Shown here in pieces: positions 8,948 to 18,285 of a DNA stretch of 63,895 nt. Location: the NCBI GenBank assembly GCA_964504255.1, contig CAZDDU010000003.1, positions 1 to 63,895 on the forward strand, given 5' to 3'. Below the pieces are notes generated by a model, which had not been told where the DNA came from, searched no databases, and worked only from the letters and a program-made list of their open reading frames with translations. The first letter of the stretch is position 1, and the number at the start of each line of letters is the position of its first letter. Position numbers and translations under genes: made by a program. The DNA is from an uncultured Candidatus Saccharibacteria bacterium (GTDB lineage Bacteria > Patescibacteriota > Minisyncoccia > Phycocordibacterales > Zambryskibacteraceae).

Positions 8948-11054
8948 TTGCTGTTGGCCAAGGTTCTACCATAAGGATCCTCTCTCCATTATAAAGTGTT
9001 CGCCAGATCTCTTCGGTGACGAATGGCATGAATGGGTGCAAGATTTTGAGTGAGTTCTCTAGTATGTAGTTAAGAGTTGCCCCATAACCCTCCTTATCCT
9101 TGCTCTCTTCTATAATCTCGTCGGCAAAGCGGTGCCAGACATAAGCGTAGACCTTCTCCGCTGCTAGATAGAAGCGGTAGTTGTCCATATCACTCGTCAC
9201 CTCCATAACCAAAGCATGAAATTCGTTTATCAAATCAGTTTTGAGCTCACCCGTATTTTCTTGGCTTAATACGAATCGAGTAATGTTCCAAACTTTGTTG
9301 GCGAAATTCTTGTAAGCTTTGATCTTATCGTTCCATATACGAGTGTCGGTCCCTGGAGTGTTACCGATAATTAGGGCCATCCTACCAGCATCAGCCCCGA
9401 ACTCCTTGGCCACATCAAGAGGGTCTATACCGTTCCCCAAGGACTTACTCATCTTCTGACCCTTCTCATCACGCACAGTGCCGTGAAGATATACTGTTTT
9501 GAACGGATTATCTCCAAGAATGTACTTTGTCATAAGGATCATTCTCGCTACCCAGAAGAATAGGATCTCGTGCCCAGTCTCTAGAACATCTGTTGGGTGG
9601 AAGGTCTCAAGATCCTTGGTTTTCTCTGGCCAGCCGAGAGTAGAGAAGGTCCATAGTCCAGAGGAAAACCATGTGTCTAGAGTGTCTTCGTCTTGGACCC
9701 AACCATCTCCCTTAGGTGCTTCAATTCCAGAATATATTTCCTCACCTTGCTCGCCGTGAGCTTCGGTCGAACGGTACCAAACAGGGATCCTGTGGCCGTA
9801 CCAAATCTGTCTTGAGATGCACCAGTCGCGTAGGTTGTCTATCCAGTGGAAGTAAGTCTTATTAAAGTAATCTGGCAGGATCTTGATCTCACCCTTCTCT
9901 ACAGGCTCTCTCATAAGCTCCTTTAGAGTTTTGCCTCCGCGATCCTCAATTGGCTTGTTCACATTAATGAACCACTGCTTCATGATCTGAGGTTCTATCC
10001 TGCCACCGGTGCGCTCTGCGGTAGCAACATTGTGTGTATAGGGTTCATCTTTGATAACAAGGCCTTTCTCTCTAAGTCTTTCTACTATCTTTGCTCTTGC
10101 ATCGGTAATCTTTAATCCAGCGAAATCACCTGCTATAGGCAAGAGTTTGCCAAACTTGTCTATAATCTGCTCCTTGTCCAAAGAATGCCTTTCCGAGATC
10201 TCGAAGTCGGTGACATCGTGCCAGGGGGTGATAGTCATAACCCCAGTACCAAACTCCATGTCTATAGACTCATCTTTGATAATGGTGGCAGCGATAGGTC
10301 CACTTATCCACTCTAGTTCTATCTCCTGACCATGTTCATAATCCTTGTAGCGAGCGTCTTCTGGATGCATGACAACATACTTGTCTCCAAACTTAGTCTC
10401 TGGCCTGGCGGTTGCAATGGTAAATGGTCCATACTTCAAGTAATAGAGAGTAGTTTTCTCCTCTTCGTACACTATTTCATCGTCCGAGATTACCGTCTGA
10501 CCCTTAGGATCCCAATTAACTATCCGACTACCTCGATAAATGAGCCCGTCGTCATACATCCTTTTGAAGACAGTGTTAACAGCGAGAGTCCTTCTCGCGT
10601 CTAAGGTAAAGGCCTCACGAGACCAGTCACACGAAGCACCCAGTACTTTTATCTGCGAGGTTATGGTGTCATGACTTTCTTTGGCAAATATGCCTATGCG
10701 CTTTAGTAGTTCCTCGCGCCCCAAGTCATTTCTGTTCTTGCCCTCCTTCTTGCTGATTTCCTTCTCCACCTTCGACTGTGTCGCGATAGCGGCATGGTCC
10801 GTCCCAGGAAGCCAAAGAGTTTTGAATCCCTGCATTCTTTTGTATCTCACCATAAGATCTTCGATAGTGAGCATCAGGGCGTGACCCATATGGAGCACCC
10901 CAGTCACATTTGGGGGAGGCATAATGATAGTAAATGGGCCCTTGTCAGTACGAAGTAGATTGTCAGGGTTAAAGAAGCCACTCTTCTCCCATAAAGAATA
11001 GATTTTTGGCTCCGTATCGGCGAAGTTGTATGGCTTCAGAAACTTTTCATCCAT
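8937..11054 (-). CDS. valS: Valyl-tRNA synthetase, short form
   Basis: PPPNVTGVLHMGH, DWCISRQIWYGHRIP, DTLDTWFSS and KMSKS. Start set at MDEKF (11054). Confidence 0.95.
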   Translation of the reverse strand: MDEKFLKPYNFADTEPKIYSLWEKSGFFNPDNLLRTDKGPFTIIMPPPNVTGVLHMGHALMLTIEDLMVRYKRMQGFKTLWLPGTDHAAIATQSKVEKEISKKEGKNRNDLGREELLKRIGIFAKESHDTITSQIKVLGASCDWSREAFTLDARRTLAVNTVFKRMYDDGLIYRGSRIVNWDPKGQTVISDDEIVYEEEKTTLYYLKYGPFTIATARPETKFGDKYVVMHPEDARYKDYEHGQEIELEWISGPIAATIIKDESIDMEFGTGVMTITPWHDVTDFEISERHSLDKEQIIDKFGKLLPIAGDFAGLKITDARAKIVERLREKGLVIKDEPYTHNVATAERTGGRIEPQIMKQWFINVNKPIEDRGGKTLKELMREPVEKGEIKILPDYFNKTYFHWIDNLRDWCISRQIWYGHRIPVWYRSTEAHGEQGEEIYSGIEAPKGDGWVQDEDTLDTWFSSGLWTFSTLGWPEKTKDLETFHPTDVLETGHEILFFWVARMILMTKYILGDNPFKTVYLHGTVRDEKGQKMSKSLGNGIDPLDVAKEFGADAGRMALIIGNTPGTDTRIWNDKIKAYKNFANKVWNITRFVLSQENTGELKTDLINEFHALVMEVTSDMDNYRFYLAAEKVYAYVWHRFADEIIEESKDKEGYGATLNYILENSLKILHPFMPFVTEEIWRTLYNGERILMVEPWPTANDK

Positions 11055-11091
11055 GTGGGCTAATATTATCACAAATTAGATGGGGAACTTA

Positions 11092-11189
11092 ATAAAGGAC
11101 ATAGAAATATAAAGGACAAATATGGATATTTTGGTATTTTGTCCTTTATAAATTTAGCACTTGACTTATTTAATACAAAGATGTAATGT
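11092..11189 (+). promoter_or_regulatory. Sigma70 promoter with upstream direct and inverted AAAGGACA sites
   Basis: TTGACT-17-TAATGT at 11161-11189. ATAAAGGACA at 11092 and 11109, with an inverted copy TGTCCTTTAT at 11140. Confidence 0.5.
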
Positions 11190-11202
11190 GCTGTGGCTAC
11201 AT

Positions 11203-13155
11203 ATGAAAAGTCTTTTAAGACAAGAAATTTGGAAGAACACTATTACCACATTTATGGTGGCTATCGTTGTACTTACCTCATTCCCAATTTCAGCTTCCGC
11301 CGTGCTTCTCGTAGACGTTAAGGCTAATGGCCAAGACACTCTTGCTCTAGCAACCTCAACAGACAACTTCGTTATCTCACTTGTCAGTACTGATGCAACT
11401 GCGTGTCAGATCACAGCACCTGTGCTCTCTGGATTCACAATAGGAAGTACTCTTACTGTTAACCCAGGAGATGTCCTTTATCCAATAGCTGGTGGTAGTA
11501 CTACCTTCACCGTCACTTGTATGGATGCAACCACCGCAACACTTTCGGACAGTGTCACAGTGTCTCTACCTGCTCCAGTTGCTCCAGTCGCCCCTACCAT
11601 AGACGTTCAAGCTAATGGATCAAATGGTCCAGTCACTCTAAACGCAGGCGACACTTATACATATACATGGAACTCAACCAACTCTACTGCTTGCGAGCAG
11701 ACCAGTCCTGTCACCTCAGGTATTACTCTTAACGGAGCAAGTGCAACTATTAGTTCTGCTGACGCCTTCTACCCAAGTACTACTACTCCTGTGACTATCA
11801 CAGTTAGCTGTACTAATGGTACTGACACTGCTACTGACTCAGTTGTTATAAGCTTGGCTTCAGTTGTGCTCCCACCTCCTCCGGGCGGCGGCGGTGGTCT
11901 CCCAGCCCCTACCATAGACGTTCAAGCTAATGGATCAAATGGTCCAGTCACTCTAAACGCAGGCGACACTTATACATATACATGGAACTCAACCAACTCT
12001 ACTGCTTGCGAGCAGACCAGTCCTGTCACCTCAGGTATTACTCTTAACGGAGCAAGTGCAACTATTAGTTCTGCTGACGCCTTCTACCCAAGTACTACTA
12101 CTCCTGTGACTATCACAGTTAGCTGTACTAATGGTACTGACACTGCTACTGACTCAGTTGTTATAAGCTTGGCTTCTTCAACAACCACTACTACTCCACC
12201 TACAGTTACTCCTCCATCAGGCGGTGGTGGCGGCAGAGGTGGTCGTGGAGGTAGAGCATCTACTCCAGTCCTTCCACTACAATGTCCTTTAATCAAGGAT
12301 TACATGAGGATCGACTTTGCCAATGATCCTATTGAGGTAATGAAGTTGCAAGCCTTTCTTAAGGTATTCGAGGGTCACGACTATGTGACTATAAATGGCG
12401 TGTTTGACCAGGCTACATATCAAGCTGTTGGCACCTTCCAAGAGAAGTATATGAGTGAGGTTCTTACCCCTTGGGGCCATACTGAGGCTACTCATTATGT
12501 ATACATGCTTACTCAAAAGAAGATAAATGAGATCTACTGTCAGACTGTGTACCAGCTATCAACTGATCAACTAAACGAAATAGACGCATTCAGAGCTCTA
12601 TACCAAAACATTGGCAATACCCCGGACCTACCAATTGTGGGGACTGTTGATGGTTCCGGCACAGATAATGGTCAGCCAGAGGTTGGTATAGAGGATAAAG
12701 GACAAATTAGACAGTTCGCTGCAGCTGTACTCTCCTTCCCAGAAACTCTAAGAGACAAAATGCAATGTCTGTACGAAGTCGTGCTGATACTATTTGTCCT
12801 TTATGTCCTTGGATCACTACTTGCTGATGTCCTTTATAAGAAGGAAATAGATAAGCCTTATAGGAGATTCGGCTATAAATGGTTTGTGATTGTAGTTGGA
12901 CTTATAGTAGCCGTAGCGCTTGCGTACCTCTTTGGAGAGTTCTGTCTTCTCTTACCACTCCTTATAGCTCTCTTGCTAAGTGCTGTGTGGATAGCTGTAT
13001 ATCCAAAGCACAATAGTGTTAAGTCTAGAGCTCGCAGGTTCCACGTTGCACTCAAGAACAGACTCTCTATTCAAAAGAAGACTAAGGCTGAATCAGAGGA
13101 CCTAAATCTCCCTGGTGTTATCGAGATTAAGGACGGCGACAAACTCGATTTCTAA
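11203..13155 (+). CDS. Cell-surface protein: signal/TM segment, three Cys-containing Ig-like repeats, Pro/Gly/Thr linkers, peptidoglycan-binding-like domain, C-terminal TM helices
   Basis: Repeats with ACxx...YP...TxTVxC; a DPIEVMKLQAFL...GVFDQATYQAVGTFQ PG-binding-like segment; three hydrophobic helices near the C-terminus. Start set at ATG 11203. Confidence 0.75.
   Translation: MKSLLRQEIWKNTITTFMVAIVVLTSFPISASAVLLVDVKANGQDTLALATSTDNFVISLVSTDATACQITAPVLSGFTIGSTLTVNPGDVLYPIAGGSTTFTVTCMDATTATLSDSVTVSLPAPVAPVAPTIDVQANGSNGPVTLNAGDTYTYTWNSTNSTACEQTSPVTSGITLNGASATISSADAFYPSTTTPVTITVSCTNGTDTATDSVVISLASVVLPPPPGGGGGLPAPTIDVQANGSNGPVTLNAGDTYTYTWNSTNSTACEQTSPVTSGITLNGASATISSADAFYPSTTTPVTITVSCTNGTDTATDSVVISLASSTTTTTPPTVTPPSGGGGGRGGRGGRASTPVLPLQCPLIKDYMRIDFANDPIEVMKLQAFLKVFEGHDYVTINGVFDQATYQAVGTFQEKYMSEVLTPWGHTEATHYVYMLTQKKINEIYCQTVYQLSTDQLNEIDAFRALYQNIGNTPDLPIVGTVDGSGTDNGQPEVGIEDKGQIRQFAAAVLSFPETLRDKMQCLYEVVLILFVLYVLGSLLADVLYKKEIDKPYRRFGYKWFVIVVGLIVAVALAYLFGEFCLLLPLLIALLLSAVWIAVYPKHNSVKSRARRFHVALKNRLSIQKKTKAESEDLNLPGVIEIKDGDKLDF
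11590..12176 (+). repeat. Exact 272-bp intragenic duplication (period 315 bp)
   Basis: 11590-11861 reads identical to 11905-12176. Confidence 0.92.
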
Positions 13156-13157
13156 AC

Positions 13158-14207
13158 TTAGGCTTCTAGGCTTAAATTCCCTTTGGCCACTATCTGATCT
13201 TGATAGGCCACTCTGTTGGTTTGGATTCTAATATAGGCTACGACAGCTATCATCACGGCGTTGTCGGTACTCATGTCTTTCTTTGGAGTATGCAGGGGTA
13301 GGGAGTATTCGTCACTTAACTTTCTCAACTCACTTTGTAGATAAGTGTTCGCCGATACTCCACCTCCGAGGATAATACTTTTAACTCCAAATTCTTCTAT
13401 AGCCGACTTTGTTTTGTACACAAGAGGTTCTATGGCCGCTTCTTCGAAGCCTCTGGCAATGTCTTCTTTGGTCTCGTCATTAATGGTCCCGAGCTTTTGA
13501 ATGGTGTATAACACCGAGGTTTTTAGTCCGGAATAAGAGAAGTCGTAGTCGGAGGTCTTCATCATAGGGCGTGGGAAGTTGAACGCGCTATTCCTATTAT
13601 TTTTTCTTGCTTTATCGGCTAACTCAGAGATTCTTGGTCCACCTGGGTAGGGCAGGTCAAGCAGGCGGGCGACCTTGTCGAAAGCTTCACCCACAGCATC
13701 GTCTCTTGTGCGGCCAATAATTCTAAATTTATCAAAGCTTTCAGCTAACACGAGTTCGGTATGTCCGCCAGACACAAGTAGTGCGATAGCGGGGAACTCG
13801 AGTGGGTCTGTGTTCTCAAATATTGAGGAGAAGAGGTGCCCCTCCATGTGGTTAATAGGTATAACTTTCTTACCCCACTTTTTACCAAGTTCTTCGGCAA
13901 AGACGATGCCGGTCCAGAGAGCTGGTTCGAGTCCGGGGCCCGAGGTGACAGCAATGTAGTCTATGTTGGGGTTATTTGGATCTTCTAGAGCATCCTTAAA
14001 AACCTTTTCAAGAATGATTGGCAAGTTCTTGGTGTGCTCACGCTTAGCTAGCATAGGGAAGACACCTCCAAACTCCTTATGGATATCTATCTGCGATATG
14101 AGAGAGTTCGCAATGACTTTGAAAGTAGGCGAGGGGAGTGAGTCAGAGCACTCCAAAAGGCATATTGCAGTCTCATCACACGAGGTCTCTATGGCAAGTA
14201 TTTTCAT
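13158..14207 (-). CDS. tsaD: tRNA N6-threonylcarbamoyladenosine biosynthesis protein TsaD
   Basis: MKILAIETSCDETA, HMEGH, VSGGHTEL, DDAVGEAFDK, FSYSGLKT and DNAVMIA. True start at 14207. Confidence 0.96.
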   Translation of the reverse strand: MKILAIETSCDETAICLLECSDSLPSPTFKVIANSLISQIDIHKEFGGVFPMLAKREHTKNLPIILEKVFKDALEDPNNPNIDYIAVTSGPGLEPALWTGIVFAEELGKKWGKKVIPINHMEGHLFSSIFENTDPLEFPAIALLVSGGHTELVLAESFDKFRIIGRTRDDAVGEAFDKVARLLDLPYPGGPRISELADKARKNNRNSAFNFPRPMMKTSDYDFSYSGLKTSVLYTIQKLGTINDETKEDIARGFEEAAIEPLVYKTKSAIEEFGVKSIILGGGVSANTYLQSELRKLSDEYSLPLHTPKKDMSTDNAVMIAVVAYIRIQTNRVAYQDQIVAKGNLSLEA

Positions 14208-14232
14208 TGGTTTATCCTGAGCTCGTCGAAGA
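14208..14232 (-). repeat. REP-like half-palindrome (CTTCGACGAGCTCAGGAT) between tRNA-Val and tsaD
   Basis: Closely resembles CTTCGACTTCGCTCAGGAT inside rnpB (515-533). Confidence 0.5.
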
Positions 14233-14233
14233 G

Positions 14234-14306
14234 TGCGCGATAGAGGATTCGAACCTCTGACCCTCCCCACGTCAAGGGGATGCTCTACCAACTGAGCTAA
14301 CCGCGC
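14234..14306 (-). tRNA. tRNA-Val(GAC)
   Basis: GCGCGGT acceptor, TT-GAC-GT loop, GGTTCGAATCC. Confidence 0.93.
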
Positions 14307-14333
14307 ATAGCCCCGCTCACCGCGGCGGCAGTG

Positions 14334-14405
14334 TGACCCTACCGGGAGTCGAACCCGGCTTTAAAGCTTGAAAAGCTTTCGTCCTAACCGATAGACGATA
14401 GGGCC
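14334..14405 (-). tRNA. tRNA-Glu(TTC)
   Basis: GGCCCTA/TAGGGTC acceptor, TT-TTC-AA loop, GGTTCGACTCC. Confidence 0.92.
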
Positions 14406-14458
14406 TTAAACATGCGTTATAGTACCATTTTATGCCTAAAATGCTATATTTGGCTTAA

Positions 14459-14545
14459 GGAAGAGTGGCTGAGTGGTTGAAGGCACTGGTTTCGAAAACC
14501 AGCAGGCTCGTAAGGGTCTCGAGAGTTCAAATCTCTCCTCTTCCG
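14459..14545 (+). tRNA. tRNA-Ser(CGA)
   Basis: GGAAGAG/CTCTTCC acceptor, TT-CGA-AA loop, long variable arm. Confidence 0.92.
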
Positions 14546-14617
14546 CTAGGGCTTTACAAGATCGCTATTTTGTTATAGTATATAGAAAGAACCCATAACT
14601 CACTTTAGGAGGTAGGG

Positions 14618-15202
14618 ATGTTCCGTAACACGTTTCTTGCACTCGCTCTCGCGGCCTTGCCCTCGGTGCTCACAGCCCAGGTCAGTCAGTCCGCGCCCAG
14701 GGATACCTCGTCCATGCGGTTCTGCCGGAACTTCGAGTACATGGTACCGAACGACACGGCGGCGCGTCGCGACACCTCCGGTGTCTCGAGGCTCGTGCCG
14801 AAGACTGACTCGTCCTGTGCTCGGGCAACGATTTCGCAGACGCGTCCGACCACTCGTTCGCAGTCCTCCGGTGCCCCCCGTACGGCACCCCGGGTGGTTA
14901 CTCAGACCCGGACGATCCCCGAAGTGGCCAAGACAGTCCCGACGGAATCGCCTCGTCAGAGCGGTGCGCCGGCGCAACACTTGACGCACATTACGCATAG
15001 CGACACAACGGTGGTGAGTATCAATCTCATCAACCCGAATGTCGTCGATCGAGGGCCGTCGAGGTTCGACCGCTTCTTCGCCCACGTGGAGAGGCATAAG
15101 TTGGTCTACGGCGCAGTTGCCGTCGGGCTCACTGTCTGGTGTGTCAAGGCATGTGGCGGCGATGTCAATCAGACGACGAACGTGAACGTCAACGTTCCGT
15201 AA
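14618..15202 (+). CDS. GC-rich hypothetical secreted/membrane protein
   Basis: SD GGAGGT, signal peptide MFRNTFLALALAALPSVLTA, S/T/P/R-rich middle and a hydrophobic helix near the C-terminus. Own promoter TTTACA-17-TAGTAT and own terminator. Confidence 0.7.
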   Translation: MFRNTFLALALAALPSVLTAQVSQSAPRDTSSMRFCRNFEYMVPNDTAARRDTSGVSRLVPKTDSSCARATISQTRPTTRSQSSGAPRTAPRVVTQTRTIPEVAKTVPTESPRQSGAPAQHLTHITHSDTTVVSINLINPNVVDRGPSRFDRFFAHVERHKLVYGAVAVGLTVWCVKACGGDVNQTTNVNVNVP

Positions 15203-15223
15203 GGAAGAAGGTTGCATTAGTAA

Positions 15224-15258
15224 AGGGCGAGTCCTCACGGACTCGCCCTCTTCTTTTT
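15224..15258 (+). terminator. Intrinsic terminator, probably bidirectional
   Basis: AGGGCGAGTCC/GGACTCGCCCT stem followed by a T-tract. Confidence 0.8.
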
Positions 15259-15272
15259 ATTTTTTTAATTCG

Positions 15273-16196
15273 CTATCTACCTGTCCTTATGTACATATAG
15301 ATATTTTCGAGTGCCCTCACTGCATCGCCTGAGGCAATATTGTTCTGGTGGTACATGGTGTCCGTCACATCTCCTGCAGCCCAGACGCCAAGTGTCTCAG
15401 TACGACCAGTACGAGGATCTGCAATGATCTGCTTGAACTCATTCATCGGTACTAACCCGTCGACGAATGAAGTGTTCGGTACAAGACCAATCTCGACGAA
15501 GACTCCAGAGGCAGGTATCTCCACATTCTCGCCAGTCATCTTATCGGTATAGACTATCGAGCTTACAAACTTGTCCCCCTTGATCTCGAAAGGTAGAGCA
15601 TTAAGCACACCTTTCATTTTTGGATTACCTAAGACCTTCTCTACAGTCATCTCGTCGGCTCTGAACTTGTCGGCTCTGTGTAGGAGAGTTACAGACTTAG
15701 CATAAGAGAGGAGTTGGGCCGCTGTCTCGAACCCCGCATTGCCTCCACCTATCACCACTGTGTCCATGTCTGCGAAGAGTGGGCCGTCGCAAGATGCGCA
15801 GTAGGTGATACCTTTGTTCTCAAACTCCTTACCGCCAGGTATGTCAAGCTTTCTTCTTGAAGAACCTGATGTTACGAGTACTGTGGTCGCTTTCATTACC
15901 TCTTCACCTATAGTTACAGAGAAAATGTCGCCAACCTTCTCAACCTTACTCACTCTAACTCCTGTCTTGATCACCACAGACTCGTTCTCGTAACTCCTTA
16001 GATGACTCTCGAGTTGCTTCGCAAGGTCAGGACCAGAAATCTTTTGAGTACCTATCCAGTTCTCTATACCCATGGAGTCTACCGACTGACCACCAAAGCT
16101 CTCGGTAACTATAAGAGTCTTTAGCCTCTTTCTCGCTGCGTATACTCCTGCTGACACACCTGCTGGGCCCCCTCCAATGATGATCAAATCGTACAT
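15273..16196 (-). CDS. trxB: Thioredoxin reductase / AhpF-like FAD oxidoreductase
   Basis: YDLIIIGGGPAG, CASCDG, GGGNAG and WAAGD. Start at 16196. Confidence 0.88.
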   Translation of the reverse strand: MYDLIIIGGGPAGVSAGVYAARKRLKTLIVTESFGGQSVDSMGIENWIGTQKISGPDLAKQLESHLRSYENESVVIKTGVRVSKVEKVGDIFSVTIGEEVMKATTVLVTSGSSRRKLDIPGGKEFENKGITYCASCDGPLFADMDTVVIGGGNAGFETAAQLLSYAKSVTLLHRADKFRADEMTVEKVLGNPKMKGVLNALPFEIKGDKFVSSIVYTDKMTGENVEIPASGVFVEIGLVPNTSFVDGLVPMNEFKQIIADPRTGRTETLGVWAAGDVTDTMYHQNNIASGDAVRALENIYMYIRTGR

Positions 16197-16255
16197 AGTT
16201 GAATAAGGATACCAGAATATTTTTAATGACACAAAAAGTCCGCCGTAGGGGCGGA

Positions 16256-16396
16256 CTAGGGGTTGCTCTTTTTCTTTTTGCCAAGCCAAGGCTCCTTAAT
16301 GAGGAGCACAATGAGCATGAACGCACCGAGACAGAGTAGCATGAGATCGTACAAGAACTTCGACAGCCTGGATTGCTCCTTATTCCTTTCAGTCAC
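16256..16396 (-). CDS. Small membrane protein (46 aa), absent from the ORF track
   Basis: AGGAG SD then GTG; MTERNKEQSRLSKFLYDLMLLCLGAFMLIVLLIKEPWLGKKKKSNP*; terminator GTCCGCC/GGCGGAC directly after the stop. Confidence 0.55.
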   Translation of the reverse strand: MTERNKEQSRLSKFLYDLMLLCLGAFMLIVLLIKEPWLGKKKKSNP

Positions 16397-16450
16397 CCGG
16401 TCTCCTGGTTAAGAACTATTGTCATAATAGTACATACTCCTATATTTATC

Positions 16451-16486
16451 TACCGAGGCCCGGCCTTGGTAAAAAACTGTGGATAA
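16451..16486. repeat. 21-bp palindrome plus DnaA box, copy 1
   Basis: TACCGAGGCCCGGCCTTGGTA followed by TGTGGATAA at 16478-16486. Confidence 0.75.
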
Positions 16487-16489
16487 GTT

Positions 16490-16792
16490 ATGAGTTTTTG
16501 GTACGGTAAATGGAGACTCAACGAGGAGGTATTTTTGATTGATTCATATGTCGGTCCCACTGAGGAACAGACAAGAGCCTTTCTCATTGCTTTCGCTACT
16601 GCCAAGGGTTATATCTCACCCCTCGCAACTGACATGGAGTCAGTGGGACGGCGAGAGGAAGCTCTTCGCAAAGTACGAGCAGAGGTGGCCCCACTTATCG
16701 AAGCCTCAAGAAGGGCAGAGAGGATGACACAAGACGATCATCGAATCCTGATTGACCTTCATCCGTCATTCGGTATTGGTGGAGTCAGATAG
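16490..16792 (+). CDS. Hypothetical protein
   Basis: 100-aa ORF with no recognised motif, followed by the terminator AAACCAG/CTGGTTT. Confidence 0.55.
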   Translation: MSFWYGKWRLNEEVFLIDSYVGPTEEQTRAFLIAFATAKGYISPLATDMESVGRREEALRKVRAEVAPLIEASRRAERMTQDDHRILIDLHPSFGIGGVR

Positions 16793-16826
16793 CAAACCAG
16801 CCCCGTATGGGACTGGTTTTTCTTTC

Positions 16827-18035
16827 TTACTTTAGTTTCGACCTTCTGAGGAAGGAGGGGACTGCACCCCAATCATCTTCGTCATCGTTTACCACCACAG
16901 GCTCAACTTTTTTTGCTGGAGCAACTGGTGCTGGCGCAGGGGTGGGAGGGGTTACCGGTTCAGACTGCTTTTCTGGTTTTGGAGAGGAAGTAAAGTTGCC
17001 AAATATTTTGTTTCTACCTTTATCTTCATCGTCATTTAGTTCCTTGGCAGGGAAGAGAGAAGTAACACGTTTCTGCACACCTTCTGGGAAGCTTGAGGCA
17101 ATAACTGTAATCTTGACCTCGCCTTTCTTTAGCTTGTCGTCGTGTACTGTACCGAAGATGATGCGAGCGTTAGGGTCAACTGACTCGGTAATAACCTTAG
17201 CGGCATCCTGGATCTCAAACATAGTAAGATCGTCACCCCCGGCGATGGAGAAGAGGACGCCCTTAGCTCCATTGATAGAGATCTCAAGAAGTGGGGAGGA
17301 GATGGCAGCACGAGCGGCATCCTCAGCACGCTTGTCACCCTGGCCTAGTCCTATACCCATAAGAGCAGCACCCGCGTCTTGCATGACGGCTCTGATGTCG
17401 GCGAAGTCTATGTTGATAATACCCGGCATAGTGATGAGGTCAGAGATACCTTCTACCGCTTCCTTCAGTATGTTGTCGCAGATGGCGAAAGCGTTCCTAG
17501 CACTCGTGTCCTTATCAATTGTCGAGAGGAGTCGGTCGTTAGGGATGATGATGATGGCGTCTACAACTTGTTTCAGCTCTTCGATGCCTTGCTCAGCAAT
17601 GCGCATACGCTGCACTCCCTCAAAGTAGAAGGGTTTGGTCACGACAGCTACTGTGAGTATGCCATTCTCCTTAGCAGTACGAGCTATGACGGGTGCAGCA
17701 CCTGTACCAGTACCTCCTCCCATACCACCAGCGATGAAGACCATATCTGCACCTTTAATGACCTCCTGTATTTCCTCCTTAGTTTCCTCTACTGCCTTTC
17801 GACCGAGTTCTGGATTCATGCCAGCGCCAAGACCTCTGGTTAGATTCTTGCCGATGTGCACCTTTTTCTTAGCGAGAGAGTTATGCAAATCTTGCGCATC
17901 AGTGTTCACCGCGACGAAATCAACTCCACGAACTTTTGAGTTGATCATGTGGTTCACTGCATTCTTGCCAGAACCTCCAACACCGATGACCTTGATACGA
18001 GCGAATGATTCTATCTCTGGTTTGACTTGTGGCAT
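16827..18035 (-). CDS. ftsZ: Cell division protein FtsZ
   Basis: IKVIGVGGSG, GGGTGTG tubulin signature, NIDFAD, and a C-terminal VPSFLRR peptide. Confidence 0.98.
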   Translation of the reverse strand: MPQVKPEIESFARIKVIGVGGSGKNAVNHMINSKVRGVDFVAVNTDAQDLHNSLAKKKVHIGKNLTRGLGAGMNPELGRKAVEETKEEIQEVIKGADMVFIAGGMGGGTGTGAAPVIARTAKENGILTVAVVTKPFYFEGVQRMRIAEQGIEELKQVVDAIIIIPNDRLLSTIDKDTSARNAFAICDNILKEAVEGISDLITMPGIINIDFADIRAVMQDAGAALMGIGLGQGDKRAEDAARAAISSPLLEISINGAKGVLFSIAGGDDLTMFEIQDAAKVITESVDPNARIIFGTVHDDKLKKGEVKITVIASSFPEGVQKRVTSLFPAKELNDDEDKGRNKIFGNFTSSPKPEKQSEPVTPPTPAPAPVAPAKKVEPVVVNDDEDDWGAVPSFLRRSKLK

Positions 18036-18285
18036 AAGTATGTTTTTGTGAGAATTGTGCCTCTAAGATTTGAGGTGCAAACATAGTACATGAGCAATAG
18101 GAAAAAATAAACAGTTGACACTCGCATAAAACAGGTTCGATTATTCTATAAAAAAACTAACCTCTAAATATGTTGAATTGAGGCTGAAATATATTGTATC
18201 AGAGCCTTAAAATTGTGTTTGACTTCCTCTTTTAGAATGTTTTATTCAGAAAAACCGGTTTTATAAAATTTATTATATAGGAATT

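Noticed and set aside
13158-14291. Upstream extensions of tsaD, 37437-37973, 44645-45025, miaA, lepA, trxB and rpsA in the ORF track
   Set aside because: The extensions run through tRNA genes, terminators or upstream genes; downstream ATGs match the family N-termini.
14600-15238. Long overlapping alternative-frame ORFs in GC-rich cassettes (also 25429-25911, 29461-29954, 30077-30675, 49162-50685)
   Set aside because: Expected from the scarcity of stop codons at high GC; no SD or promoter, and Arg/Pro/Ser-rich shadow composition.
18036-18285. AT-rich 250-bp ftsA-ftsZ gap as oriC or an sRNA locus
   Set aside because: No DnaA boxes, no convincing promoter-terminator pair and no stable structure; probably ftsZ promoter DNA.
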